From Burkholderiaceae bacterium (GTDB taxonomy: Bacteria > Pseudomonadota > Gammaproteobacteria > Burkholderiales > Burkholderiaceae_C): a DNA stretch of 64,000 nt. The stretch spans positions 417-64,416 of the forward strand of contig JBDHSJ010000001.1 of the NCBI GenBank assembly GCA_039808065.1, written 5' to 3'. The notes beneath the pieces were generated by a model that was given only the letters and a program-made list of their open reading frames with translations, had not been told where the DNA came from and made no database searches. Positions 28,967 through 42,662 of the stretch are shown piece by piece. The first letter of the stretch is position 1; each line of letters starts with the position of its first letter. A program made the translations under genes and the position numbers.

Positions 28967-30192
28967 GCCAGATTCCCCAGCATGTGGCGATGGACCAGTT
29001 CGCCAGCGCCGGCAGCGAGCTGCTGATCAATGGGCAACCGCTGAGCCGCATTGCCGCGCGCGTCGGCAGCACGCCCTTTTATGCCGTGGATCGCAGCCTG
29101 CTGGACCGGCGCGTGGCCGAGCTGCGTGCCGTCCTGCCGCAGGGCCTGAAGCTGCACTACGCGATGAAGGCCAACCCCATGCCGGCCCTGGTGGCCCATA
29201 TGGCGCGTCTGGTGGATGGCATTGACGTGGCCTCGGCCGGTGAGCTGAAGGTGGCGCTGGATGCTGGCGCCGACCCGCATGAGATCAGCTTTGCCGGGCC
29301 TGGCAAGCGCGATCCCGAGCTGCTGCAGGCCGTGGCCGCAGGCGTGCTGGTGAACGTGGAATCGGCGCGCGAACTGGCCGTGCTGCAGCGCGCCGCCGAG
29401 CAACTCGGTCTGCCGGCGCGCGTGGCCCTGCGCGTCAACCCGGATTTCGAGCTCAAGGGCTCGGGCATGAAGATGGGCGGCGGGCCCAAGCAGTTCGGCG
29501 TGGACGTGGAGCAGGTGCCGGCGGTGCTCGACGAGATGCGCGCGCGCGGCCTGCAGTTTGAAGGCTTCCATCTGTTCGCCGGCTCGCAGAACCTGAAGCC
29601 GGAATCGATCTGCGAGGCACAGCAGAAGAGCTATGAGCTGGCGCTGCGCCTGGCGGCGCAGACGCCGCAGCCGATCCGCTTCCTGAACCTGGGCGGTGGC
29701 TTTGGCATTCCCTACTTCCCCGGCGAGCAACGCCTGGATCTGGCGCCGATCGGGGCGAATCTGGCGGCGCTGCAGGAGCGAGCGCACCGCGAGCTGCCCG
29801 AAGCCGAGCTGGTCATTGAACTGGGCCGCTACCTGGTGGGCGAGGCCGGTGTCTATGTCACCCGGGTGGTGGACAAGAAGATTTCTCGCGGTCAGACCTA
29901 TCTGGTCTGTGACGGCGGCCTGAACCATCATCTGAGCGTCTCCGGCAATTTCGGCCAGGTGATCCGCAAGAACTACCCGGTCACGATCGGGAACCGCCAA
30001 GGGGCCCCGAGCGAGGCGGTGTCGGCCGTCGGACCGCTGTGCACCCCGCTGGATCTGCTGGCCGACAAAATGGCCCTGCCGCAGGCCGAGATCGGTGACC
30101 TGGTGGTGATTTTTCAGAGTGGGGCCTATGGCGCCAGCGCCAGCCCGGCGGCCTTTCTCGGTCACCCCGCGGTGACCGAGGTGCTCGTCTAG
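28963..30192 (+). CDS. PLP-dependent group IV decarboxylase, exosortase A-associated (TIGR03099-like; LysA/BtrK fold)
   Basis: YAMKANP (PLP Lys), DVASAGE, HLFAGSQ, NLGGGFG, ELGRY, GPLCTPLD, GAYG. Confidence 0.9.
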   Translation: MSQIPQHVAMDQFASAGSELLINGQPLSRIAARVGSTPFYAVDRSLLDRRVAELRAVLPQGLKLHYAMKANPMPALVAHMARLVDGIDVASAGELKVALDAGADPHEISFAGPGKRDPELLQAVAAGVLVNVESARELAVLQRAAEQLGLPARVALRVNPDFELKGSGMKMGGGPKQFGVDVEQVPAVLDEMRARGLQFEGFHLFAGSQNLKPESICEAQQKSYELALRLAAQTPQPIRFLNLGGGFGIPYFPGEQRLDLAPIGANLAALQERAHRELPEAELVIELGRYLVGEAGVYVTRVVDKKISRGQTYLVCDGGLNHHLSVSGNFGQVIRKNYPVTIGNRQGAPSEAVSAVGPLCTPLDLLADKMALPQAEIGDLVVIFQSGAYGASASPAAFLGHPAVTEVLV

Positions 30193-31984
30193 GGGGCCGC
30201 GCGCAGCGCCGCTTCGCTCAGCCCCTCCGGCTGATGGAAGTGATACCCCTGCGCGTACTGCACCCCCAGATCGCGCAGCGCAGCGGCAATCCGGGCCGAC
30301 TCGACAAACTCCGCCACCACCGGCAGACCCAGCGCCTGCGCCATCTGCACCATGGAGCGCACCATCGTGGCGTTGGCCTCGTCATGGTCCATGTCGCGCA
30401 CGAAGGCGCCATCCAGCTTCAGGCTGTCGAAGGGCAGGCGTTTCAGGTACGCGAAGCTGGCAAAGCCGGTGCCGAAGTCGTCGAGCGAGAAGCGCAGGCC
30501 GGCAGCCTTGAGACGGTGCATGAAGGTCTGCGCCACCTCCAGGTTGACGATGGCCTCGGTCTCGGTGATCTCGAAGCAGAGCTTGCTGGGGGCGCAAGGA
30601 TGATCGGCCAGCAGGCCGAGGATGAAGTCGGCCAGGCCGGCATCACGCAGGGAATAGGCCGAGAGGTTGATGCTGACCAGTTCGATGCGCTGCAAGAGTT
30701 CGGCGGGCAGCGCGGCCAGTTGGCCGAGTACAGCCCGCAGCATCCAGCGGTCCACTTGATCGATGATCTGGTAGCGCTCGGCCGGGCCGATGAAGACGGC
30801 CGGGCTGATGACGCGCTGCTGCTCCGGGTCCCACAGCCGGATCAGGGTCTCGAAGCGCAAACCCGTGGGCAGTTCGTCTTGCAGCGGCACGATGCGCTGG
30901 AAGAAGACGCGGAAGTGATCGGACTTGAGCGCGTCCAACAGGCGGTAGGCCCAGTTGACGGACTCGCGCGGGTCCGCTTCGCGAGGGGAGGGCTGGTGCA
31001 GGCGCACGCCGGGGCCACCTTCCCGGCGCGCCAGGTAGCTGGCTTCGTCGGCCTTGGCCATCACCTGCTCGAACGAGTAGTACTCGGTACCAATCGGCAC
31101 CACTGCCACGCGCGCGTCCACCGAATAGGGGCGGCCGTCCCAATAGAACACAAACCCTTCGAAGGCGCGCTTGATCCGTTGGCCCAGGGCCAGCACGGTG
31201 TCGGTGCTGCGCGAGCAAATGATGGCGAAGCGGTCGCCGCCCAGCCGGGAGATGAAGTCGTCACTGGCAGCCAGCGCGGCCAGCAGATCGGCCACCTGAC
31301 GCAGCAATTCATCGCCGGCGATGTAGCCGCAGGCGTCATTGACGATGGAGAAGCGTGCCAACTCGACCAGCACGATGCAGGCGCTGTCGTCGACCCGGCT
31401 GGCCTGGCCCAGCAGGCCCTGCACATGGGTCTCGAGCGCGTCGCGGTTGTAGAGCCGGGTGACGAAGTCGTGTGTGGCCAGGTAGGAGAGCCGGTCCTGC
31501 ATGAAGCGGCGCTCGTTGATCTCTTCGCGCAGCTGGCGGTTGGCCTGCACCAGCTCCTGGGTGCGCTCGCGCACGCGGGCTTCGAGCTGGGCATTCAGCT
31601 GCTGTAGATCACGCAGCAGGCGGCGCTTCTCCAGATGGTGGTGCACGCGGGCGCGCACTTCGTCGGCGCGCACCGGCTTGGCGATGTAGTCCACGCCGCC
31701 GGCGGCAAAGCCCTGGCTGGTGTCCTCGGCGCGGGCGGTGACGAAGATCACCGGCAGGTCCTGGCCGCCCGGAAGGGTGCGCAGGCGGCGGCAGGTTTCA
31801 AAGCCGTCTATGCCCGGCATCATCACGTCCAGCAGCACCAGGTCCGGCTGCGTGCGCGGCACCAGCTCCAACGCGCGCTCGCCGCTGTTGGCGGCCAGGA
31901 TGTCGAGTTCGGCACCGGCCAGGATGGACACCAGCAGGTCGATGTTCTCCGGCGTGTCATCAACGATCAGCAGCTTGGCTTTGC

Positions 31985-31988
<4 letters not shown>
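30189..31988 (-). CDS. Response regulator REC-GGDEF(degenerate)-EAL, probable c-di-GMP phosphodiesterase
   Basis: IVDD..LLDVMMPG..YIAKP receiver; RLGGDRF; FETLIRL, FEITETE, LDDFGTG, LKLDG, VAEFVE, QGY. Confidence 0.88.
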
Positions 31989-35878
<3,890 letters not shown>

Positions 35879-35979
35879 GAGCGATGCTAGACGAGGGGTT
35901 GTTGCCCCTTCGATTGGAGTGCATCCTCCAAGGCCCTTAAGGGCTTGCCCTAGGCGGCCCTGGCAGGGGGGCTCGTCCT

Positions 35980-35985
35980 TAGAAT
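35980..35985 (+). promoter_or_regulatory. Putative sigma70 -10 element for the nucleoside operon
   Basis: TAGAAT followed by GC-rich GGCGCCC, 27 nt before ATG 36013. Confidence 0.5.
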
Positions 35986-36012
35986 GGCGCCCTTTTGTAT
36001 ACAGTTTTCGCC

Positions 36013-36990
36013 ATGGCTCTCTCGATGCGTCCCCTGTTCGCCGTGCTCGCCCTGTTGGTTTCGGGCAGCACCCTGGCCGCACCGGCCGTCATCTTTGACA
36101 TGGGCGGCAAGTTCGACAAGAGCTTCAACGAGTCCGGCTACCGCGGGGTCGAGAAGTGGAAGGCCGAGACTGGCAAGAACTATCTCGAGTTCGAGATCAG
36201 CAATGAGACCCAGCGCGTGCAGGCCCTGCGCCGCATGGCCGAGCGCGGCGCCTCGCCCATCATCTCGATCGGCTTCGCCCAGGCCTCGGCGCTGGAGCAG
36301 GTGGCCAAAGAGTTCCCCAAGATCCAGTTCGCCATCATTGACGGCGTGGTCAACCTGCCCAATGTGGCCTCGATCACCTTCAAGGAGCATGAGGGCAGCT
36401 ACCTGGTGGGCGTGGCCGCGGCGCTGAAGAGCAAGAGCGGCAAGGTGGGCTTCGTGGGCGGCATGGACATTCCGCTGATCCGCAAGTTCCAGTGCGGCTA
36501 CGAGCAGGGTGTGAAGGCCACCAACCCGAAGGCCGAGGTGCTGGCCAACATGACGGGCACCACCGCCACCGCCTGGAATGACCCCACGCGTGGCGCCGAG
36601 CTGGCCAAAGCCCAGTTCGCCAAAGGCGTGGACGTGGTCTTTGCGGCCGCCGGCGGCACCGGCACGGGTGTTTACCAGGCGGCCAAGGACGCCGGCAAGT
36701 TGGCGATCGGCGTGGACAGCAATCAAAACCACCTGCAGCCCGGCACCATGCTGACCTCGATGGTCAAGCGCGTCGACGTGGCCGTCTACAACGTGTTGAA
36801 GGACTTCAAACCCGGCGTGCGCGCCCTGGGCCTGAAGGAAGAGGGTGTGGCCCCGGCCATGGACGAGCACAACGCCAAGCTGGTGGACGCCGCGCTCAAG
36901 GCCAAGCTGGACGCCGCGCGTGCCGACATCGTGGCCGGCAAGATCAAGGTCAATGACGCCATGGCCGACCCGGCCGCCTGCAAGAAGTAA
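36013..36990 (+). CDS. BMP-family nucleoside ABC transporter substrate-binding protein
   Basis: Signal peptide, GGKFDKSFNE, FKEHEGSYL, AIGVDSNQ, LTSMVKRVD. Confidence 0.9.
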   Translation: MALSMRPLFAVLALLVSGSTLAAPAVIFDMGGKFDKSFNESGYRGVEKWKAETGKNYLEFEISNETQRVQALRRMAERGASPIISIGFAQASALEQVAKEFPKIQFAIIDGVVNLPNVASITFKEHEGSYLVGVAAALKSKSGKVGFVGGMDIPLIRKFQCGYEQGVKATNPKAEVLANMTGTTATAWNDPTRGAELAKAQFAKGVDVVFAAAGGTGTGVYQAAKDAGKLAIGVDSNQNHLQPGTMLTSMVKRVDVAVYNVLKDFKPGVRALGLKEEGVAPAMDEHNAKLVDAALKAKLDAARADIVAGKIKVNDAMADPAACKK

Positions 36991-37002
36991 AGCGTTTCCT
37001 CA

Positions 37003-38532
37003 ATGTCTGCAGTCGCCCTGAAGGGCATCAAGAAGCGCTTCGGTGCGGTGCAGGCCAATGACGGTGTCGACCTGGTGGTCGAGGCCGGCACGGTGCACGC
37101 GCTGATCGGCGAGAACGGCGCCGGCAAGTCCACGCTGATGGCCATCCTCTACGGCTACTACCAGGCCGACGAGGGTGCCATTGAGGTGAACGGCCAGACC
37201 GCCCAGATCCGCAACTCGCACGAAGCGATTGCCCTGGGTATCGGCATGGTTCATCAGCACTTCATGCTGGTGGACACGCTGACCGCCCTGGACAACGTGC
37301 TGCTCGGCGCCGAGCCGCATGGCTATCTGCCCAAAGCGCAGGCCCAGGTGCGCGCAGGCCTGGAAAAGCTGATGGCCGAGACCGGTCTGCAGGTGCATCT
37401 GGACGCCCGCGTGGACAGCCTGCCGGTGGGTGAGCTGCAGCGCCTGGAGATCCTGAAAGCCCTGTACCGCGGTGCCAAGATCCTCATCCTGGATGAGCCC
37501 ACCGCGGTGCTGACGCCGCAGGAAACCCAGCAGCTTTTCGAGGTGCTGCGCGGCCTGCGCGCGCGGGGTACGACGATCATCCTGATCACCCACAAGCTCA
37601 AGGAAGTGATGGCGCTCTCGAACGCCATCACCGTGATGCGCACCGGCCGCGTGGTGCACCGCTGCGCCACGGCCGACACGGACGAAGCCCAGCTGGCCGA
37701 GGCCATGGTGGGCCGCAAGGTGGTGCTGGGCCGCGATGGCTCGGCCGCCCACCACCCGGACAGCGAACCCTTGCTGGAAGCCGAGGGCCTGGCCTTGCGC
37801 AACGGCCAGGGCGTGCCGGTGCTGAATTCGGTGAGCCTGCGCCTGCGGGCCGGCGAGATCGTCGGCGTGGCAGGCGTCTCGGGCAATGGCCAGACCGAGC
37901 TGCTGGAAGTGCTGTCCGGCCTGCATGCCCCCGACGCCGGCCGCCTGAACCTGGGCGGCAAGAGCTTCGGCCCCGCCGCCTGGCTGCACCCGAAGCAGGC
38001 GCGCGAGCTGGGCCTGGCCCATGTGCCCGAAGACCGCCATGCCTGCGGCCTGGTACTGGGCTTTCCGGCCTGGGAATCGGCCGGCCTGGGCTACCAGAAC
38101 CTGCCCAAATACCGATCGGGCCTGTTCGGCCTGAACCGCAAGGCGCTGCGAATGGCCACCGCGGCCATGATGGAGCGCTTTGATGTGCGCCCGCGCAACC
38201 CCGAGCTGGGTTCGAGCAAGTTCAGCGGCGGCAACCAGCAGAAGCTGATCCTGGCGCGCGAGATCGGCGAGAACCCCAGGATCCTGCTGGTCGGCCAGCC
38301 CACGCGCGGCGTCGACATCGGCGCCATCGAATTCATCCACAACCAGCTGCGCGCGCTGCGCGATGCCGGCTGTGCGGTGCTGGTGGTGTCGAGCGAACTC
38401 GACGAGATCCTGGCCCTGGCCGATCGCGTGCTGGTCATGAACTGCGGCCGCATCACCGGCGAACTGCCGATCGAAGACTGTGACGAACGCAAGCTGGGCC
38501 TGCTGATGGCGGCCCAGGCAGAAGCCGCCTAA
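37003..38532 (+). CDS. Nucleoside ABC transporter ATP-binding protein (duplicated ABC domain)
   Basis: GENGAGKST, HQHFML, LDEPTAVL, FSGGNQQK, QPTRGVD. Confidence 0.92.
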   Translation: MSAVALKGIKKRFGAVQANDGVDLVVEAGTVHALIGENGAGKSTLMAILYGYYQADEGAIEVNGQTAQIRNSHEAIALGIGMVHQHFMLVDTLTALDNVLLGAEPHGYLPKAQAQVRAGLEKLMAETGLQVHLDARVDSLPVGELQRLEILKALYRGAKILILDEPTAVLTPQETQQLFEVLRGLRARGTTIILITHKLKEVMALSNAITVMRTGRVVHRCATADTDEAQLAEAMVGRKVVLGRDGSAAHHPDSEPLLEAEGLALRNGQGVPVLNSVSLRLRAGEIVGVAGVSGNGQTELLEVLSGLHAPDAGRLNLGGKSFGPAAWLHPKQARELGLAHVPEDRHACGLVLGFPAWESAGLGYQNLPKYRSGLFGLNRKALRMATAAMMERFDVRPRNPELGSSKFSGGNQQKLILAREIGENPRILLVGQPTRGVDIGAIEFIHNQLRALRDAGCAVLVVSSELDEILALADRVLVMNCGRITGELPIEDCDERKLGLLMAAQAEAA

Positions 38533-38535
38533 TTC

Positions 38536-39648
38536 ATGAGCACCCCCACAACCCTGCCGCGCTGGATCGAGCTCGGCGTCCTGCCACTATGGAATCTGCT
38601 GGTGGCCCTGGCCGTGGCGGCCCTGGTGGTCAAGGTCATCGGCCACAGCCCGCTGCAGGCCTTCGATGTGCTGGTCAATGGTGCGCTCGGCAGCCCGCGT
38701 GGGCTGGGCTACACGCTGTACTACGCCACCACCTTCATCTTCACGGGCCTCGCGGTGGCGGTGGCCATCCATGGCGGCTTGTTCAACATCGGTGCCGAGG
38801 GTCAGGCCACCTTTGCCGGCCTGGGCGTGGCGCTGGCCGCGCTCTATCTGGGTGCCAGCCTGCCGGCCTGGTTGCTGATCCCCTTGGTGGTGCTGGGTGC
38901 GGGCCTCTTTGGCGCGGCCTGGGGCCTGGTGCCGGGCTACCTGCAGGCCTGGCGCGGCAGCCACATCGTCATCACGACGATCATGTTCAATTTCATCGCC
39001 GCCAGTCTGAACGTCTACCTGCTGGTGAACGCGCTGCGCGTGGGCGGTGGTTCGATGGTGGTGGAGAGCGAGCCTTTCCCGGATGCCGCCCGCATGCCGG
39101 CGCTGCACGAATGGGCCGCCAAGTTTGGGTATGAACTGCCCAGCTCGCCGCTGAATGCGGCCTCGCTGCTGGCCGTCGCGGCCTGCTTCTTCGTGGCGTG
39201 GTTTCTGTGGCGCAGCCGGGCCGGGTATGCACTGCGGGCGGTGGGCAGTGCACCGCGCGCGGCGCAGTTTGCGGGCTTGAATCCCAAGGCCCAGGTGCTG
39301 GTGGCGATGGGCATTTCGGGCGCGCTGGCCGGCCTGGTGGCGGTGAACGAGCTTTCGGGCGTCCAAGGCAAGCTCACGCTGGATTTCGTGGCTGGCGCCG
39401 GTTTCACCGGCATTGCGGTCAGCCTGATGGGGCGCAACCACCCGTTCGGCATCGTGCTGGCGGCGCTGCTCTTTGGTGTGCTCTACCAGGGCGGCGTGGA
39501 AGTCGCCTTCGAGCTTCCTGGGTTCTCGCGCGAGATGGTGGTGACGGTGCAGGGTCTGATCGTGCTCTTCGCGGGCGCCATGGCGACGGTGAGCGCTCCC
39601 TTGTTCGCCAAGCTGTACGCAGTGGTCAAGGGGGCGAACCGTGGATGA
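38536..39648 (+). CDS. Nucleoside ABC transporter permease
   Basis: LFNIGAEGQ, HIVITTIMFN, GFTGIAVSLMGRNHP. Confidence 0.9.
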   Translation: MSTPTTLPRWIELGVLPLWNLLVALAVAALVVKVIGHSPLQAFDVLVNGALGSPRGLGYTLYYATTFIFTGLAVAVAIHGGLFNIGAEGQATFAGLGVALAALYLGASLPAWLLIPLVVLGAGLFGAAWGLVPGYLQAWRGSHIVITTIMFNFIAASLNVYLLVNALRVGGGSMVVESEPFPDAARMPALHEWAAKFGYELPSSPLNAASLLAVAACFFVAWFLWRSRAGYALRAVGSAPRAAQFAGLNPKAQVLVAMGISGALAGLVAVNELSGVQGKLTLDFVAGAGFTGIAVSLMGRNHPFGIVLAALLFGVLYQGGVEVAFELPGFSREMVVTVQGLIVLFAGAMATVSAPLFAKLYAVVKGANRG

Positions 39649-40624
39649 GTTGGTGCTGATTGGCTCGGTGCTGGGCTCGACCCTGCGCCTGACTGCCCCC
39701 CTGCTGCTGGTGGCCCTGGCGGGTCTGATCAGCGAGCGCGCGGGCGTGATCGACCTGGGGCTTGAGGGCAAGATGCTGGCCGCCGCCTTTGCCGCTGCCG
39801 CGGCCACCGCGGCCAGCCAGTCGGTGCTCATCGGTTTGGCTGCTGCCATCGGCGTGGCCGCCGCCATGGCCTTGATCCACGGCTTTGCCTGCATCAGCCA
39901 CCGGGGAGACCAGGTGGTCTCCGGCGTGGCCCTGAACATGGTGGCCGCGGGCCTGACCGTGGTGCTGGGCATTGCCTGGTTCAAGACGGGCGGCCAGACG
40001 CCCACCTTGCCCGCGGAACTGCGCATCACGGCACTCGTGCCCGCGCTGGCCGAGCCGGCCGCGGCGGCGCAGGCTCACGGAGGCTTGCTGGGTGGCCTGC
40101 TGGGCCATGCGCTGTTCAGTCACAACCTGCTCGTCTACGCCGCTTTCGGCGCCGTGCTGGCGGTCTGGTTCCTGCTGGAGCGCACCCGTCTGGGTTTGAG
40201 ACTGCGCGCCGTGGGCGAGAACCCGGCCATGGTGGATGCTGCCGGGGTCTCGGTGCCTCGCCTGCGCTACACGGCGTTGATGATCGGTGCGCTGCTGTGC
40301 GGCTTGGCCGGGGCCTACCTGTCGATGGCGCAGAACGCGAACTTCAGCCCCAACATGACGGCCGGACGGGGCTACATCGCCCTGGCGGCCATGATCTTCG
40401 GCCGCTGGAAGCCCATCCCCACCTTGTTCGCCTGCTTGCTGTTTGGTCTGCTGGACGCGCTGGCCATCCAGTTGCAGGGCGTGGCCTTGCCGGGTATCGG
40501 CGAGATTCCGGTGCAGCTGATCCAGGCCTTGCCTTATGTGCTGACGGTGGTGCTGCTGGCCGGCTTCATCGGCCAGGCCATTGCGCCCAAGGCGCTGGGC
40601 CGGCCCTACCTGAAAGAGCGCTGA
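39641..40624 (+). CDS. Nucleoside ABC transporter permease
   Basis: SERAGVIDLGLEG, RLRAVGENP, GRGYIALAAMIFGRW. Confidence 0.9.
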   Translation: MDELVLIGSVLGSTLRLTAPLLLVALAGLISERAGVIDLGLEGKMLAAAFAAAAATAASQSVLIGLAAAIGVAAAMALIHGFACISHRGDQVVSGVALNMVAAGLTVVLGIAWFKTGGQTPTLPAELRITALVPALAEPAAAAQAHGGLLGGLLGHALFSHNLLVYAAFGAVLAVWFLLERTRLGLRLRAVGENPAMVDAAGVSVPRLRYTALMIGALLCGLAGAYLSMAQNANFSPNMTAGRGYIALAAMIFGRWKPIPTLFACLLFGLLDALAIQLQGVALPGIGEIPVQLIQALPYVLTVVLLAGFIGQAIAPKALGRPYLKER

Positions 40625-40627
40625 GCC

Positions 40628-41038
40628 GTGCTGACCGAAGCGCTGAAGACCGAGATGCTGACCGTGGCCCGCGCGGCCCGTGCCGCTGCCTATGCGCCGT
40701 ATTCCCACTATTTCGTCGGCGCCGCAGTGCTGGGCGAAGACGGCCGCATCTTCGGCGGCTGCAATGTCGAGAACGCCGCCTTCCCCGAGGGCGTGTGCGC
40801 CGAAGCCGGCGCGCTCTCGGCCATGGTGCTGGCCGGCGTGCGCAAGGCCAAGGCCGTGCTGGTGGTGGGGGCGGGCAGCCACCTGATCACCCCTTGCGGC
40901 GGCTGCCGCCAGAAGCTGCGCGAGTTTGCGCAGCCCGAAGCTTTCCAGGTCCTGGCCGTCAACGAGGACGGCCAAGAACAGCAATGGACCCTGGCCGATC
41001 TGCTGCCCCACAGCTTCGGCCCCGAACATTTTTCCTAA
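40628..41038 (+). CDS. cdd: Cytidine deaminase (homotetrameric type)
   Basis: AYAPYS, GCNVENA, CAE and PCGGCRQ zinc motifs. Confidence 0.93.
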   Translation: MLTEALKTEMLTVARAARAAAYAPYSHYFVGAAVLGEDGRIFGGCNVENAAFPEGVCAEAGALSAMVLAGVRKAKAVLVVGAGSHLITPCGGCRQKLREFAQPEAFQVLAVNEDGQEQQWTLADLLPHSFGPEHFS

Positions 41039-41048
41039 GGACAAGACC

Positions 41049-41906
41049 ATGAGCAGTCCCTACCTCCAGGGCGAAGCCCTGGCTTCCGCCATTGCGCAAT
41101 CTGCCGCCAAGCTGAAGGCGGTGTTTGGCGATGCCCCGGCGATTGCCGTCGTGCTCGGCTCGGGCTGGTCCGGCGCTAGCGAGCAGCTGCAAAACCCGCA
41201 GCGCCTGAGCTACGCCGACCTGCCCGGCTGGCCGCTGCCCAAGGTGGAAGGGCATGTCAACGAGGTGGTGGTGGGTACCACCGCCGGTGGCCAGCGCGTG
41301 GCCATGCTGCGCGGCCGCGCCCACACTTATGAAAGTGGCGACTGCACCGGCATGGCCGCACCCATCCGCAGCCTCAAGGCCTGGGGCGTGCAGGTGCTGC
41401 TCTCCACCAATGCCTCGGGCTCGCTGCGCCAGCACCAGCCGCCGGGCAGCCTGATGCTGATCAGCGACCACATCAACGCGCCGCAGCGCTCGCCCCTGGT
41501 CGGCCTTTCGGGCAGCGACCGCTTCTGCGACATGAGCACCGCCTACGACCTGGAGCTGCGCCAGACCGCCAAGGCCCTGGCTCAGGAGGTCGACCAGCGC
41601 CTGTGCGAGGGCGTGTACTGCTGGGCCCTGGGGCCGCAGTTCGAGACGCCGGCCGAGATCCGCATGTTTGCCGCCTGGGGCGCTGATGCGGTGGGCATGT
41701 CCACGGTGCCCGACACCATCCTGGCCCGCCATGCCGGCCTGCGCGTCATGGGCCTGGCACTGATCACCAATATGGCGGCCGGCTTGTCGGCTGAAGCGCT
41801 GACCCACGAGCTGACGCTGCGCGAGGCCAAGGACAGCGGCGAGCGCGCTTCGAAGTTCCTGGGCCAGTTGCTGGACCGCTTGATGAAGCTGAGTTCCCTG
41901 CAATGA
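41049..41906 (+). CDS. punA: Purine nucleoside phosphorylase (trimeric PunA/XapA type)
   Basis: VLGSG, VEGH, GRAHTYE, GPQFETPAE, GMSTVP, ITNMAAG. Confidence 0.88.
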   Translation: MSSPYLQGEALASAIAQSAAKLKAVFGDAPAIAVVLGSGWSGASEQLQNPQRLSYADLPGWPLPKVEGHVNEVVVGTTAGGQRVAMLRGRAHTYESGDCTGMAAPIRSLKAWGVQVLLSTNASGSLRQHQPPGSLMLISDHINAPQRSPLVGLSGSDRFCDMSTAYDLELRQTAKALAQEVDQRLCEGVYCWALGPQFETPAEIRMFAAWGADAVGMSTVPDTILARHAGLRVMGLALITNMAAGLSAEALTHELTLREAKDSGERASKFLGQLLDRLMKLSSLQ

Positions 41907-42661
41907 ATGCCCAAGAGACGGCGCGCAGCCTGCTGCGCTGTTTGGACCTGACCAGCCTGAACGATGGCGACACGGCCGAGAGCACGGCCGCCCTGTGCGC
42001 CAAGGCCCAGACCGCCCACGGTCCGGTGGCGGCCGTGTGCGTGTGGCCGCGCTTTGTCACCCAGGCCCGTGCTTCGCTACCGCCCGTGGTCCGCGTGGCC
42101 GCGGTGGCCAATTTCCCCGACGGCGCGCTCGATCTGCCGCGTGCACTGGCCGACATCGAGGCGATCGCCCAGGCGGGCGCGCAGGAGATCGATGTGGTGC
42201 TGCCCTGGCGGGCGCTGAAGGCCGGCCAGGTGCAGGAAGTGGCGGAATTTCTGGCCGAGGTGCGCCACGCCAGCCGGCCGCTGACGCTCAAGGTCATCAT
42301 TGAATCGGGTGAGCTGAAGGACGAGGCGCTGATCCGCCGTGCCACCCAGCTCAGCCTGAACGCAGGCGCCGACTTCATCAAGACCAGCACCGGCAAGACC
42401 GCGGTGTCGGCCACGCCCGAGGCGGCGCGCGCGATGCTGGACGAGATCGCTCACAGCGGCTTCTCGGCCGCGGGCTTCAAGGCCTCGGGTGGCATCCGCA
42501 CGGTAGAGCAGGGCGCGGCCTACCTGGATCTGGTGCGCGCCAGCCTGGGTGAGGGCGGCCTGAACCCGCAGCGCCTGCGCTTCGGAGCTTCCGGCCTGCT
42601 GGACGACATCCTGGCCGTACTGGATGGCAAGACGGCCGCGCCGGCCAAGGAAGGGTATTGA
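41903..42661 (+). CDS. deoC: Deoxyribose-phosphate aldolase
   Basis: LDLTSL, VANFPDG, EIDVV, LKVIIESG, FIKTSTGK, FKASGGIR, RFGASGLL. Confidence 0.94.
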   Translation: MNAQETARSLLRCLDLTSLNDGDTAESTAALCAKAQTAHGPVAAVCVWPRFVTQARASLPPVVRVAAVANFPDGALDLPRALADIEAIAQAGAQEIDVVLPWRALKAGQVQEVAEFLAEVRHASRPLTLKVIIESGELKDEALIRRATQLSLNAGADFIKTSTGKTAVSATPEAARAMLDEIAHSGFSAAGFKASGGIRTVEQGAAYLDLVRASLGEGGLNPQRLRFGASGLLDDILAVLDGKTAAPAKEGY

Positions 42662-42662
42662 G

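Noticed and set aside
35879-36082. Long N-terminal extensions in the ORF track (kinase from 36082, ligase from 27242, dapA from 52717, PPIase from 48770, GNAT from 57198)
   Set aside because: They overlap neighbouring genes or promoters; downstream starts with SD sequences, stop/start coupling or a domain boundary fit better.
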